Source: Candidatus Woesearchaeota archaeon (lineage in GTDB: Archaea; Nanobdellota; Nanobdellia; Pacearchaeales; GW2011-AR1). Taken from it: 36,563 nucleotides of DNA. This document shows positions 24,768 to 33,338 of the stretch, in pieces. The stretch spans positions 1-36,563 of the forward strand of contig CAZWEB010000001.1 of the NCBI GenBank assembly GCA_964632115.1. The letters run 5' to 3'. Every line of letters begins with the position of its first letter. Positions within the stretch are counted from its first letter, which is position 1. The translations under genes were made by a program, and so were the position numbers. The notes below the pieces were generated by a model, which was not told the origin of the DNA, did not search any database, and saw only the letters and a program-made list of their open reading frames with translations.

Positions 24768-24817
24768 AATACAGAATAAACAACAAGTTTTAATAATCCT
24801 TTTTCTTTTCTTTATTC

Positions 24818-26338
24818 ATGGAAAAAACCGAGTTAGTAAAAAATGAAAAAGAGGAAAAAGACAAAGAACAAAAAGACGAGATTAATTTTAAAAAAATTGG
24901 CTTAAAATCAGGAATTGAAATTCATCAGCAATTAGATACTCATAAACTTTATTGCAAATGCCCGAGCATTCTCCGGCAAGATGCTCCTGATTTTACAATT
25001 GAAAGAAAACTTCATGCTGTTGCAGGAGAGTCAGGCGAGATAGATAAAGCAGCAAGCTATGAGGCATCTCAGGAGAAAGGATTTATTTATGAGGGATATA
25101 AAGATACCACTTGTTTAGTTGAATTGGATGAAGAACCACCTCATCTGATTAATCAAGAAGCACTTGAAATTGCATTGCATATTTCTCTCCTGTTAAACTG
25201 CGAGATTATTCCAATCGCACAGATAATGAGAAAAACAGTTATTGATGGCTCAAATACTTCGGGATTCCAAAGAACAGTTTTAATTGCAAAAAATGGCTTT
25301 ATTGAAACAAGTTCTGGAAAAGTGGGAATCTGGTATGTTTATCTTGAAGAAGATGCAGCAAGAACAAGTGGCAATAAAGATAATAAAAAAATCTACAGGC
25401 TGGACAGATTAGGAATTCCACTTGTTGAAATTGTCACAGCCCCTGATATTAAAACCCCTGAGCAAGCAAAAGAAGTTGCACTGCATATTGGCGAAATTCT
25501 GCGTTCCTGCAAAGTCAAACGGGGGCTTGGAACAATAAGGCAGGATATTAATATAAGCATTAAAAAACATCCGAGAGCAGAAATAAAAGGATTTCAGGAC
25601 CCAAAAATTTTTATTAAGGTTGTTGAAAATGAAGTTAAAAGGCAGTTAGAAAATTTAAACAGTAACAGTAGAAAAAAAGAAAAACTTCATGCCGAAGTGA
25701 GAGGAGCAAATCCAGATGCAACAACAAAGTTTCTAAGGCCCTTGCCCGGAACAGCAAGAATGTATCCTGAAACAGACCTGCCCCTCTTAAGAATATCAAA
25801 ACAAATGATTAACAAGGCCAAAAAAACACTTCCAAAACTAAAAGCAGAATTCCGAGAAGATTTAAGAAAAATAGGATTAAATGACGAGATGTCAAAACTT
25901 CTGCTTTCAGAAAGCAAACTTGAAGATTTTGAGTCCCTTCTGCAAATTTATAACAAACCAAACTTTATTGTAAAAGCAATGATTTTATATCCTAAAGAAA
26001 TTGCAAGTCATGAAAAAATTGAGAATATTGAAAATATCTTGACAATTGATATTATTGAGTTAATTACCCAATCTCTTGCAAAAAAACAAATCTCAGAAGA
26101 GCAAGTAAAAGAAATAATGAAAAAAATTGCAAAAGGCAGCTCATTTGAACAGGCAGTTATTCCAGAACAAGTTTCAGAGCAAAAAACACAAAACCTTGAA
26201 CAGGAAATTATCAATCTTATAAAAGAAAAGCCAAATCTCAGCATAGGCGCATACATGGGTTTACTGATGCAAAAATTCAAGGGAAAAATCTCAGGCAAAG
26301 AACTGAGTGATTTGCTAAAAAAACATGTTAAATCATAA
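24818..26338 (+). CDS. gatE: Glu-tRNA(Gln) amidotransferase subunit E (short form)
   Basis: IGLKSGIEIHQQLDTHKLYCKC, GIPLVEIVTAPDI, VKRGLGTIRQDINISI, FLRPLPGTARMYPETDLP and a YqeY-like tail. The gene sits near gatD. Confidence 0.85.
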   Translation: MEKTELVKNEKEEKDKEQKDEINFKKIGLKSGIEIHQQLDTHKLYCKCPSILRQDAPDFTIERKLHAVAGESGEIDKAASYEASQEKGFIYEGYKDTTCLVELDEEPPHLINQEALEIALHISLLLNCEIIPIAQIMRKTVIDGSNTSGFQRTVLIAKNGFIETSSGKVGIWYVYLEEDAARTSGNKDNKKIYRLDRLGIPLVEIVTAPDIKTPEQAKEVALHIGEILRSCKVKRGLGTIRQDINISIKKHPRAEIKGFQDPKIFIKVVENEVKRQLENLNSNSRKKEKLHAEVRGANPDATTKFLRPLPGTARMYPETDLPLLRISKQMINKAKKTLPKLKAEFREDLRKIGLNDEMSKLLLSESKLEDFESLLQIYNKPNFIVKAMILYPKEIASHEKIENIENILTIDIIELITQSLAKKQISEEQVKEIMKKIAKGSSFEQAVIPEQVSEQKTQNLEQEIINLIKEKPNLSIGAYMGLLMQKFKGKISGKELSDLLKKHVKS

Positions 26339-26347
26339 AGCTTTTAT

Positions 26348-26734
26348 ATGCAAAAAACATTAAAAGATTATAAAAAAGAGGTAATAAAAAGAAAAATGAA
26401 ATTATGGAACAGAATGTTGATTCCTATAATAATTCTTGTGGCAATTATTTTTCTTGGAGCATATGCATATCAGCAGGTTGAAAACTGGCGTTATCTTGAT
26501 TCTGTTTATTTCATGGTTGTAACTGTAACAACAATTGGTTACGGAGATATAGTGCCTAAAACAGACATAGGAAAGATATTCACAATGATTTTCCCTTTTA
26601 TTGGAATAGCAATGGCATTTTATTTTCTCTCATTAATAGGAAAATTTTTCTTTAAAAAGCAATTAAGAGAAAAATTGCATGAACAAGGAAGAATAAAAAA
26701 CAAGCGCGGAATAAGAAGAATCCGCCCAAGATAA
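26348..26734 (+). CDS. two-TM potassium channel (KcsA-like pore-only)
   Basis: The selectivity filter TVTTIGYGD lies between two TM helices. An alternative start is ATG 26396, where ATTATAAA ends 22 nt upstream. Confidence 0.85.
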   Translation: MQKTLKDYKKEVIKRKMKLWNRMLIPIIILVAIIFLGAYAYQQVENWRYLDSVYFMVVTVTTIGYGDIVPKTDIGKIFTMIFPFIGIAMAFYFLSLIGKFFFKKQLREKLHEQGRIKNKRGIRRIRPR

Positions 26735-26753
26735 ACTAAAACAAAACCTAATA

Positions 26754-26761
26754 TTTATAAA
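26754..26761 (+). promoter_or_regulatory. TATA box for aspS (leaderless)
   Basis: TTTATAAA ends 22 nt before ATG 26783. Confidence 0.55.
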
Positions 26762-26782
26762 TCATCAGTTTCTATCTCTCAT

Positions 26783-28060
26783 ATGAAAAATCGAGTATAT
26801 ATTAATGAGGCATTTCATAAAACAGGGAAAATCCAGGTTTGTGGTTGGGTGCATGAAAAACGGGATTTAGGAAAAATAAGATTTCTTCTGCTTAGAGATA
26901 TTTCTGGAATAATACAGATTACAGCTCATAAAGACCGAGTTTCAGAAGAGATATTTAAAACAATGGACAAAGTTCCTTCTGAATCTGTTATTTCAATTAC
27001 CGGTGAGTTAAAGCCAAGCAAACAAGCCCCTAGCGAGAAAGAAATTGTTCCGGATAAAATTGAAACTCTTGCAATTGCCGGAGATAAGCTTCCTGTGGAT
27101 GTTTCTGATTTTTCAAAAACAGAACTTCCAAAAAGACTTGATTATCGTTTTCTTGACTTGCTTCGTAGAAATATCCAGGCAATTTTCAAAATTCAAAGCA
27201 CTATCTCAACTTCATTCAGAGAACATTTTATACAAAAAGGATTTATTGAATTCCAGCCTCCGAGCATAATCAGTTCAGCAAGCGAAGGAGGAACAGAATT
27301 ATTTCCTGCAAAATACTTTGAAAAATCAGCATACCTGGCTCAAAGCCCGCAGTTATACAAGCAAATGGTTGCATGTTCAATGGAAAAAGCAATGACAATA
27401 ACACCTGTCTGGCGTGCAGAAAAACACAATACCACTCGCCATTTAAATGAGAGCAGGCAAATGGATATTGAAATGGCTTTTGCAGATCAGGTCACAATTA
27501 TGAAACAACTTGAAGAAGTTGTTCAATACATAGTAAAACAAGTAATAGAAAAAAACAAATCTGAGCTCGAGTTGCTTGAAGTAAAACTAAAAATTCCAAA
27601 AGCAGTTTACCTTTCATATGAAGAAGCAATCAAGAAAGTAAAAGGCAAACTTGGAGATGATTTCTCGCCAGAAGATGAAAGAAAACTTTGTGAAATGTAT
27701 CCAGGAGATATTGTATTTACGCATTCATGGCCAACAAGCATCAAGCCATTTTACATAATGACAAAAGATGCAGACCCTAATGCAAAAGATAGCGAAGGTT
27801 TTGATGCCCTTTATGGCGGTGTTGAAATTTCCTCAGGCGGACAGAGAATTCACATTCCCGAGTTGCTTGAGAAAAGAATAAAAGCAAAAAAACTAAATCC
27901 AAAAAACTTTAAGCATTATATTGACAGCTTCTGTTTCGGAGCTCCGCCTCATGCTGGCTGGTCTATCGGCTTAGAACGTTTCACGCAAACTCTGCTGAAC
28001 TTGCCAAATATCCGTGAAGCCTGCATGTTTCCAAGAGACAGAGATAGATTAGTGCCTTGA
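26783..28060 (+). CDS. aspS: aspartyl-tRNA synthetase, archaeal type (probably non-discriminating)
   Basis: Class II motifs WRAEKHNTTRHLNE, GGQRIH and PPHAGWSIGLERF, with an N-terminal OB domain. The non-discriminating call is inferred from the presence of GatCAB. Confidence 0.93.
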   Translation: MKNRVYINEAFHKTGKIQVCGWVHEKRDLGKIRFLLLRDISGIIQITAHKDRVSEEIFKTMDKVPSESVISITGELKPSKQAPSEKEIVPDKIETLAIAGDKLPVDVSDFSKTELPKRLDYRFLDLLRRNIQAIFKIQSTISTSFREHFIQKGFIEFQPPSIISSASEGGTELFPAKYFEKSAYLAQSPQLYKQMVACSMEKAMTITPVWRAEKHNTTRHLNESRQMDIEMAFADQVTIMKQLEEVVQYIVKQVIEKNKSELELLEVKLKIPKAVYLSYEEAIKKVKGKLGDDFSPEDERKLCEMYPGDIVFTHSWPTSIKPFYIMTKDADPNAKDSEGFDALYGGVEISSGGQRIHIPELLEKRIKAKKLNPKNFKHYIDSFCFGAPPHAGWSIGLERFTQTLLNLPNIREACMFPRDRDRLVP

Positions 28061-28094
28061 GGTAGTAACTATTCAGGGGTTACAAATACAAAGA

Positions 28095-28102
28095 TTTATA
28101 AA
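28095..28102 (+). promoter_or_regulatory. TATA box (leaderless)
   Basis: TTTATAAA ends 22 nt before ATG 28124. Confidence 0.5.
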
Positions 28103-28123
28103 CTCTCTTTTTGAATTATTTCT

Positions 28124-29026
28124 ATGGTTAATGAAACAAAATATGGTGTAATATCTGATATACATAGGGCTCCAAGGATAGTTATTCCAGCAATAGAAAT
28201 TCTAAAAAAACTTGGAGCTGAAAAGTTAATTTTAAATGGAGATATTGGAAATAGTCAAGGATTTGTGGCTTTTGTTTTAAATATCGCAGGAGAATCTGAA
28301 TTAGAAACATTTGTTCAACCAGGAAGTCATGAAAAAATAGAAGATTTTGAACCTGTTATTGAACATTTTAAAGGAAAGTATCCAAATCTAATTAATGTTA
28401 TTGAAAACAGAAAAATAGAACAAAATGGACATCATTTAGTATTTATGCCTGGTTCTGATTTTAGATGCGGGGGAGAATATGTCTTAAACAGAGCAGATGT
28501 AGAATCAGGATTGTATAAGACTGAAGAAGGAATTATAAGACTAACAAATACCAGGGACTTAAAAAGATTAGTTACTTCACCAGATAAAACAATTGTTATT
28601 TGCCATGTTCCAAGAAAATTTGATAATTTAGAAACATCAATAGATATGGCTCAATTTGGAGAAGCAACAAAAGATTTTAATCTGCAAGGAGATATGATCA
28701 ATACTGGTTCTGTTTTTCCAGAAGCAATTGCAAAACAGATAATTGAAGAAGGATACCCTGTTCAAATAAAAAGAGAAAACAGAGGTAATGTTGATTTAAG
28801 AGATATTTATGAAGAACTTGGAATTAAAAAAGCAGTTTCAGGACATTTTCATGAAAGCGGACATAGAGCAAACAACAGAGCAAGCCAGCATGTAACAGAA
28901 GGAGAATTAGTAGAGGAATTATTCTGGAATTCTGGATATTTAGATGCAGGACAAACCGGAATATTAACCGTAGAAGATGGAAAGGTTTCTTACAAAAACA
29001 TAAGGTTGCAGGATTATTTAGAATAA
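28124..29026 (+). CDS. metallophosphoesterase (calcineurin-like)
   Basis: Contains the SDIH, NGDIG and GHFHESGH motifs. Confidence 0.7.
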   Translation: MVNETKYGVISDIHRAPRIVIPAIEILKKLGAEKLILNGDIGNSQGFVAFVLNIAGESELETFVQPGSHEKIEDFEPVIEHFKGKYPNLINVIENRKIEQNGHHLVFMPGSDFRCGGEYVLNRADVESGLYKTEEGIIRLTNTRDLKRLVTSPDKTIVICHVPRKFDNLETSIDMAQFGEATKDFNLQGDMINTGSVFPEAIAKQIIEEGYPVQIKRENRGNVDLRDIYEELGIKKAVSGHFHESGHRANNRASQHVTEGELVEELFWNSGYLDAGQTGILTVEDGKVSYKNIRLQDYLE

Positions 29027-29034
29027 ATTTATAA
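29027..29034 (+). promoter_or_regulatory. TATA box directly after the preceding stop codon
   Basis: TTTATAAA ends 24 nt before ATG 29058. Confidence 0.5.
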
Positions 29035-29057
29035 ATTGTCAAGATTTCTTTAATAAA

Positions 29058-29852
29058 ATGAAAATTCTAGCACTTGGCGACCCCCATGGAAAACTACCAA
29101 AAGATATTCCTAAAAACATTGACTTAATTCTGATTCCTGGAGATATTGGAAAAGCAGATTTAGCAAGAAAAAAATCTTTTGAAAATAAAAAGAGAGTACA
29201 ACAAGGATTGCCAAAATTAAAAGAGACTGCACGAGATATAAAAGAGATTCATAATGAAATTCATAAATCCACCTTAAAAATATTAAGATACTTATCAAGA
29301 TATGCTCCTGTTTATACACTCCAAGGAAATGTTGGAATTCCAAGTAATTCTCAAGTGAGAAAAGATTATGAAAAATACAGATTAAAATTAGATTCCACCA
29401 TGGAACAATTAAAAAAAATCAATGGAGTTTCAATAGTAAAAAATAGGCTGAGAGTTATAAATGGATTAAGAATTGGATTTTTAGAATATTTTACAGATAC
29501 TTCTTGGGTAAAAGAGTTTAAACCAAAAGATTATGAAAATTTCATGAAAAAAGCAAAGAGACAAACAGATAAAGCAAGAAGAGTTTTAAGAAGTTTTGAT
29601 ATGAATCTAAATATTTTATTATGTCACCAACCCCCTTATGGATTTTTAGACCGAGTAAATTTTCCAGGAGCTCCAAAAAATTGGCAAGGAAAGCATGCCG
29701 GAAGCGAAGTTATTTTAAATTATATTAAAAGATATCAGCCAAAATATGTTCTTTGCGGACATATCCACGAAGCAAAAGGAATAAAGAGAATTGGAAAGAC
29801 AACAATAATTAACTTAGGCAGTTCTGGAGATTATAGAATTATTAACTTATAA
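29058..29852 (+). CDS. metallophosphoesterase (calcineurin-like)
   Basis: Contains the LGDPHG, PGDIG and CGHIHEAKG motifs. Confidence 0.75.
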   Translation: MKILALGDPHGKLPKDIPKNIDLILIPGDIGKADLARKKSFENKKRVQQGLPKLKETARDIKEIHNEIHKSTLKILRYLSRYAPVYTLQGNVGIPSNSQVRKDYEKYRLKLDSTMEQLKKINGVSIVKNRLRVINGLRIGFLEYFTDTSWVKEFKPKDYENFMKKAKRQTDKARRVLRSFDMNLNILLCHQPPYGFLDRVNFPGAPKNWQGKHAGSEVILNYIKRYQPKYVLCGHIHEAKGIKRIGKTTIINLGSSGDYRIINL

Positions 29853-29864
29853 ATTTAGAATAAA

Positions 29865-29872
29865 TTTATAAA
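29865..29872 (+). promoter_or_regulatory. TATA box for the gatC-like/ORF77/gatA unit
   Basis: TTTATAAA ends 22 nt before ATG 29894. No TATA is seen in front of 30165 or 30400. Confidence 0.5.
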
Positions 29873-29893
29873 TCTCTTTTCCCCAGTATAATC

Positions 29894-30151
29894 ATGCCTA
29901 CAGAAGAGAAATCTGATAAAAGAGATAATTCGGAACAAATAAAACAAGAAGCAAAAAAAATTCTTGATAAATTTGCAAAAGCACTTGAAAGAGTCAAGCA
30001 GACTCCAGAATTCTATGTCGAGCGAGATGAAGACAGGCGAGTTGAGAGTTCTGGTTCTCCGAGTGATGATTCTTTCAGGAAAATATTTTTTGAAAATGCC
30101 CCTTCTGTAAAAAATGAATGCATTGAGGCTGAAAAAGGAGTCTGGAAATAA
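29894..30151 (+). CDS. gatC: GatC-like protein (putative amidotransferase subunit C)
   Basis: By eye, ILDKFAKALERV...ERDEDRR...FFENAPSVKNECIEAEK parallels the GatC pattern (lD.Il.f...l.ev ... REDE ... l.nAP....g.f.vP). It lies upstream of gatA. The N-terminus is atypical. Confidence 0.45.
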   Translation: MPTEEKSDKRDNSEQIKQEAKKILDKFAKALERVKQTPEFYVERDEDRRVESSGSPSDDSFRKIFFENAPSVKNECIEAEKGVWK

Positions 30152-30164
30152 ATACTAAAATAAA

Positions 30165-30398
30165 ATGAGCATTCCAACAAAAGAGCAATTAATAGAAAGG
30201 CTAGATAAAAAATTATTAATTATGAGATGTTTAGAACCGCTTTCAGATCAATGGTTAAGGGCAGAAGAAACATTCCTAAATCTTTTGATGTTCAATTCAG
30301 GAGAATTATCACCAGAAGAAAAAATAGATTATGATTCTCTTTATCAAAATACTAATACAGCATATTTTCAAGAAAATCAACTGATTGCTGTTGCTTAA
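30165..30398 (+). CDS. hypothetical protein embedded between the gatC-like gene and gatA
   Basis: 77-aa ORF. Its stop TAA (30396-30398) is 1 nt before the gatA ATG at 30400. Confidence 0.5.
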   Translation: MSIPTKEQLIERLDKKLLIMRCLEPLSDQWLRAEETFLNLLMFNSGELSPEEKIDYDSLYQNTNTAYFQENQLIAVA

Positions 30399-30399
30399 A

Positions 30400-31767
30400 A
30401 TGAATATTCAGGAAAAACTCAAACTAATAAAATCAGGCAAACTGACAGCAGAGCAAAATATAAAAAACTTCCTGGAAAAAATAAATAAAGACAATAAAAA
30501 AGGAAAGCAGATTAATGCTTTTTTACAAATCAACAATCACGCTCTTCTGGAGGCAAAAGAGGTAGACAGCAAGATTAGAAAAGGCAAGGATTCTGTCGGG
30601 AAACTGGCAGGCCTTGCCATTGCTGTCAAGGCAAATATAAATGTAAAAGGAATGTTTTCTTCCTGCGCATCCAAAACACTTGAAAATTACAAATCTCCTT
30701 ATAATGCAACTGTTATTAAAAAAATTAAAGAACAAGACGGCATAATTATTGGAATAACAAATATGGATGAATTTGCCTGCGGTTCTTCTGGAGAGACAAG
30801 TGCATTTGGGGCATGCAAAAATCCATCTTCAATAGAAAGAATTCCGGGAGGTTCTTCAAGTGGCTCGGCAGCAGCAATTGCAGCAGAATTCTGCGATTTG
30901 GCTCTTGGCTCTGACACTGGCGGTTCAATTAGAAATCCTGCTTCTCATTGTGGAGTTATTGGTTTCAAACCAACTTATGGATTAGTTTCAAGATATGGTT
31001 TAATTGATTTATCAATGTCTTTAGAACAAATAGGTTCTCTTGCACCTGATGTTTCATCATGCGAGTTGCTGTTTAACACCCTCAGCGGAAAAGACAATCA
31101 TGATGCTACAACTAAGGAGGATACAAAAAATAAAGAAAATAAAAAAACAAATCTCAAAAAAATAAAAATAGGAATTCCAAAAATTTCTGCAGATGAGAAT
31201 ATATGGGAAATTGTCAAATCAAAAATAAAGCATGTCTGCCAAAAACAAGGTTGGAATTTCAAAGACATTGAATTAAAACATATTGACTTGGGTGTTCAAA
31301 CATATTATCCAATAAATTATGTTGAGTTTTTTTCTTCAACAAGAAAATATGATGGCAGACGCTTTGGCAAGAAAATTGAACAAGTCTGCGGAGAAGAAGT
31401 TCTCAGGAGGATTTTAGGAGGACAAGAGATTGCACAGGCAGAATATGCAGGAAAATATTATAGAAAAGCACTTCAGGCAAAAAAAATAATTGAACAGGAA
31501 TTTGAAAAAGCTTTTAAAACCTGCGATTGCCTGATTATGCCCACTGTTCCAAAACTTCCGCACAAACTGGGGGCAAAGCTCTCTGTAGAAGAAATGTACA
31601 ATTATGATTCCTTAACAACTCCGGTAAATCTTGCTGGAGTTCCTGCAATCAGCATTCCAGCAGGAAAAATAAACAATATTCCAGTAGGAATGCAAATTAT
31701 CTGTGCAAAACAAGCAGATAACTTGGTTTTTGAAATTGCAAAGAGGTTTGAAGAAAAAATAGAATAA
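30400..31767 (+). CDS. gatA: Asp-tRNA(Asn)/Glu-tRNA(Gln) amidotransferase subunit A
   Basis: Amidase signature GGSSSGSAAAIAA and GSDTGGSIRNPAS. The start is set at MNIQEKLKLIKSG (30400) rather than 30385, which overlaps the upstream ORF. Confidence 0.9.
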   Translation: MNIQEKLKLIKSGKLTAEQNIKNFLEKINKDNKKGKQINAFLQINNHALLEAKEVDSKIRKGKDSVGKLAGLAIAVKANINVKGMFSSCASKTLENYKSPYNATVIKKIKEQDGIIIGITNMDEFACGSSGETSAFGACKNPSSIERIPGGSSSGSAAAIAAEFCDLALGSDTGGSIRNPASHCGVIGFKPTYGLVSRYGLIDLSMSLEQIGSLAPDVSSCELLFNTLSGKDNHDATTKEDTKNKENKKTNLKKIKIGIPKISADENIWEIVKSKIKHVCQKQGWNFKDIELKHIDLGVQTYYPINYVEFFSSTRKYDGRRFGKKIEQVCGEEVLRRILGGQEIAQAEYAGKYYRKALQAKKIIEQEFEKAFKTCDCLIMPTVPKLPHKLGAKLSVEEMYNYDSLTTPVNLAGVPAISIPAGKINNIPVGMQIICAKQADNLVFEIAKRFEEKIE

Positions 31768-31773
31768 TCAAAA

Positions 31774-31959
31774 ATGAACTTTTACACCTTTTTTGATTTG
31801 CTGGCATTACCTTTATGGATTTTCTTAATTGTCGATGCAATTATAGATTTAAAAAAACAAAATAAAAACTGGAGAATTTATACAAGATTTGCAATTGGGA
31901 TCATCGGTTTAACTGCTGATTTAATTTTTGTAATCTTTGAGCCAATTAGATATATTTAA
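31774..31959 (+). CDS. small membrane protein (61 aa)
   Basis: It has two hydrophobic helices and is tightly packed between gatA and the MBL hydrolase gene. Confidence 0.45.
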   Translation: MNFYTFFDLLALPLWIFLIVDAIIDLKKQNKNWRIYTRFAIGIIGLTADLIFVIFEPIRYI

Positions 31960-31960
31960 A

Positions 31961-32620
31961 ATGAACTTCAAAAATCTTCAAATAAAATTCCTTGGACATT
32001 CAGGTTTCTTTATTCAGGCAGAAGGAGAAAACATTTACATAGACCCCTATAACCTCTCGTCCAATGAACCAGAGCCAGCAGATATAATTCTCATAACTCA
32101 TCCGCATTATGACCATTGTTCAATTAAGGATATACAAAAAATTGCAAAAGATGGCACAATTATCATTGGCCCTGCTGATATTCAGAGCAAAATTACAAGA
32201 TTAAACAATCAAATTTATCTTCAGATAATTGAAGCAGGGCAGACAAAAAAAATCCAGAACATAATAATCGGCACTGTTCCTGCTTACAATCCAGCAAAAC
32301 AATTTCACCCAAAAGAAGAAAGATGGCTTGGTTATTTAATAAAAATTAGAGATATCACAATTTACCATGCAGGAGATACTGATTTAATTCCTGAAATGAG
32401 TCAATTAAAGGGAAAAGTTTCTCTGGCGCTTTTGCCTGTAGGGGGAAACATGACAATGAATTCAAAAGAAGCTGCAAAAGCAGCTGAGTTGATTTCTCCA
32501 GAACTTGCAATTCCAATGCACTATAGCAACGAAATTGTTGGCTCAATTGCAGATGCTGAAGTTTTTGTTAAACTTTGCCAGAACAATAACATAAATGCTC
32601 AAATTTTAGAAAAAGAATGA
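31961..32620 (+). CDS. MBL-fold metal-dependent hydrolase (UPF0173-like)
   Basis: Contains KFLGHSGFFIQ and ITHPHYDHC. The start is set at MNFKNLQ (31961), immediately after the preceding stop. Confidence 0.8.
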   Translation: MNFKNLQIKFLGHSGFFIQAEGENIYIDPYNLSSNEPEPADIILITHPHYDHCSIKDIQKIAKDGTIIIGPADIQSKITRLNNQIYLQIIEAGQTKKIQNIIIGTVPAYNPAKQFHPKEERWLGYLIKIRDITIYHAGDTDLIPEMSQLKGKVSLALLPVGGNMTMNSKEAAKAAELISPELAIPMHYSNEIVGSIADAEVFVKLCQNNNINAQILEKE

Positions 32621-32766
32621 ACAACCATACTAAAAAAAGATGTTCTAATAAAAATTCAAACCAATTAAATGTCTAAAAAAGTATTTTGAATATTAGAAAA
32701 GTTAATATATTATAGTATTGTTAATTCATTAGAATTAAGTAAATTTAAGATTATATTATAAATACC

Positions 32767-33336
32767 ATGAAGTCTCCAAATTTCCAGCAGCAAAAAACAA
32801 CTCAGCTCTCAAGAAAAGACAAATCACACATAGGAGAATGGGATAAAAAAATAAAGAAATTATGCAATAAAATAAACAAAAAGAAAAATTACTATACCAC
32901 AAGTTCTTGTGCAGGCAGAGTGGTTTTATTAAAAGCCTCTGACAAAAAACAGCCGAATTTATTTTTATTTGTAACTCACAATAAAATCTCATCTCCAGAA
33001 TTAAAAAAACAACTAAATCTTGCAGTTAAAAAATACAAAAAATTAATTTATTTCAAGCAGGAATGCTGCGGTTTGCATGTTGCCTGTGAAACTCTTGCTG
33101 CAACTCAAAATCTTCTTGACAAAGCAAAATTTGCAGGCTGGAAAAATTCAGGAATAATTGCTTCTCGAAAAAGATTTATCTGTCATTTCAGAAGCACTGA
33201 AAAACTCGAACTTCCAATTGCAGATAAAGGAAAAATTTTAGTTAGTGATGAACTTCTTAAATTGCTGGCAAGTGAATCAAATAAAAAACTTTCGCGTACT
33301 TGGCAAAAGATTAAAAACCTTGAGAAGTTATTATAA
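32767..33336 (+). CDS. taw3: tRNA wybutosine/wyosine-synthesis methyltransferase Taw3 (TYW3 family)
   Basis: DKSHIGEWDKKI...YYTTSSCAGRVVL is the characteristic TYW3/Taw3 N-terminal block. Confidence 0.8.
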   Translation: MKSPNFQQQKTTQLSRKDKSHIGEWDKKIKKLCNKINKKKNYYTTSSCAGRVVLLKASDKKQPNLFLFVTHNKISSPELKKQLNLAVKKYKKLIYFKQECCGLHVACETLAATQNLLDKAKFAGWKNSGIIASRKRFICHFRSTEKLELPIADKGKILVSDELLKLLASESNKKLSRTWQKIKNLEKLL

Positions 33337-33338
33337 TT

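Noticed and set aside
30385-30399. Upstream ATG (MLLLK...) for gatA given by the ORF track
   Set aside because: It overlaps the end of the 77-aa ORF. GatA homology and the TAAAATG stop-start junction favour ATG 30400.
31937-31960. Upstream ATG for the MBL-fold hydrolase
   Set aside because: It overlaps the 61-aa ORF. The homology begins at MNFKNLQIKFLGHSG (31961), directly after the preceding stop.
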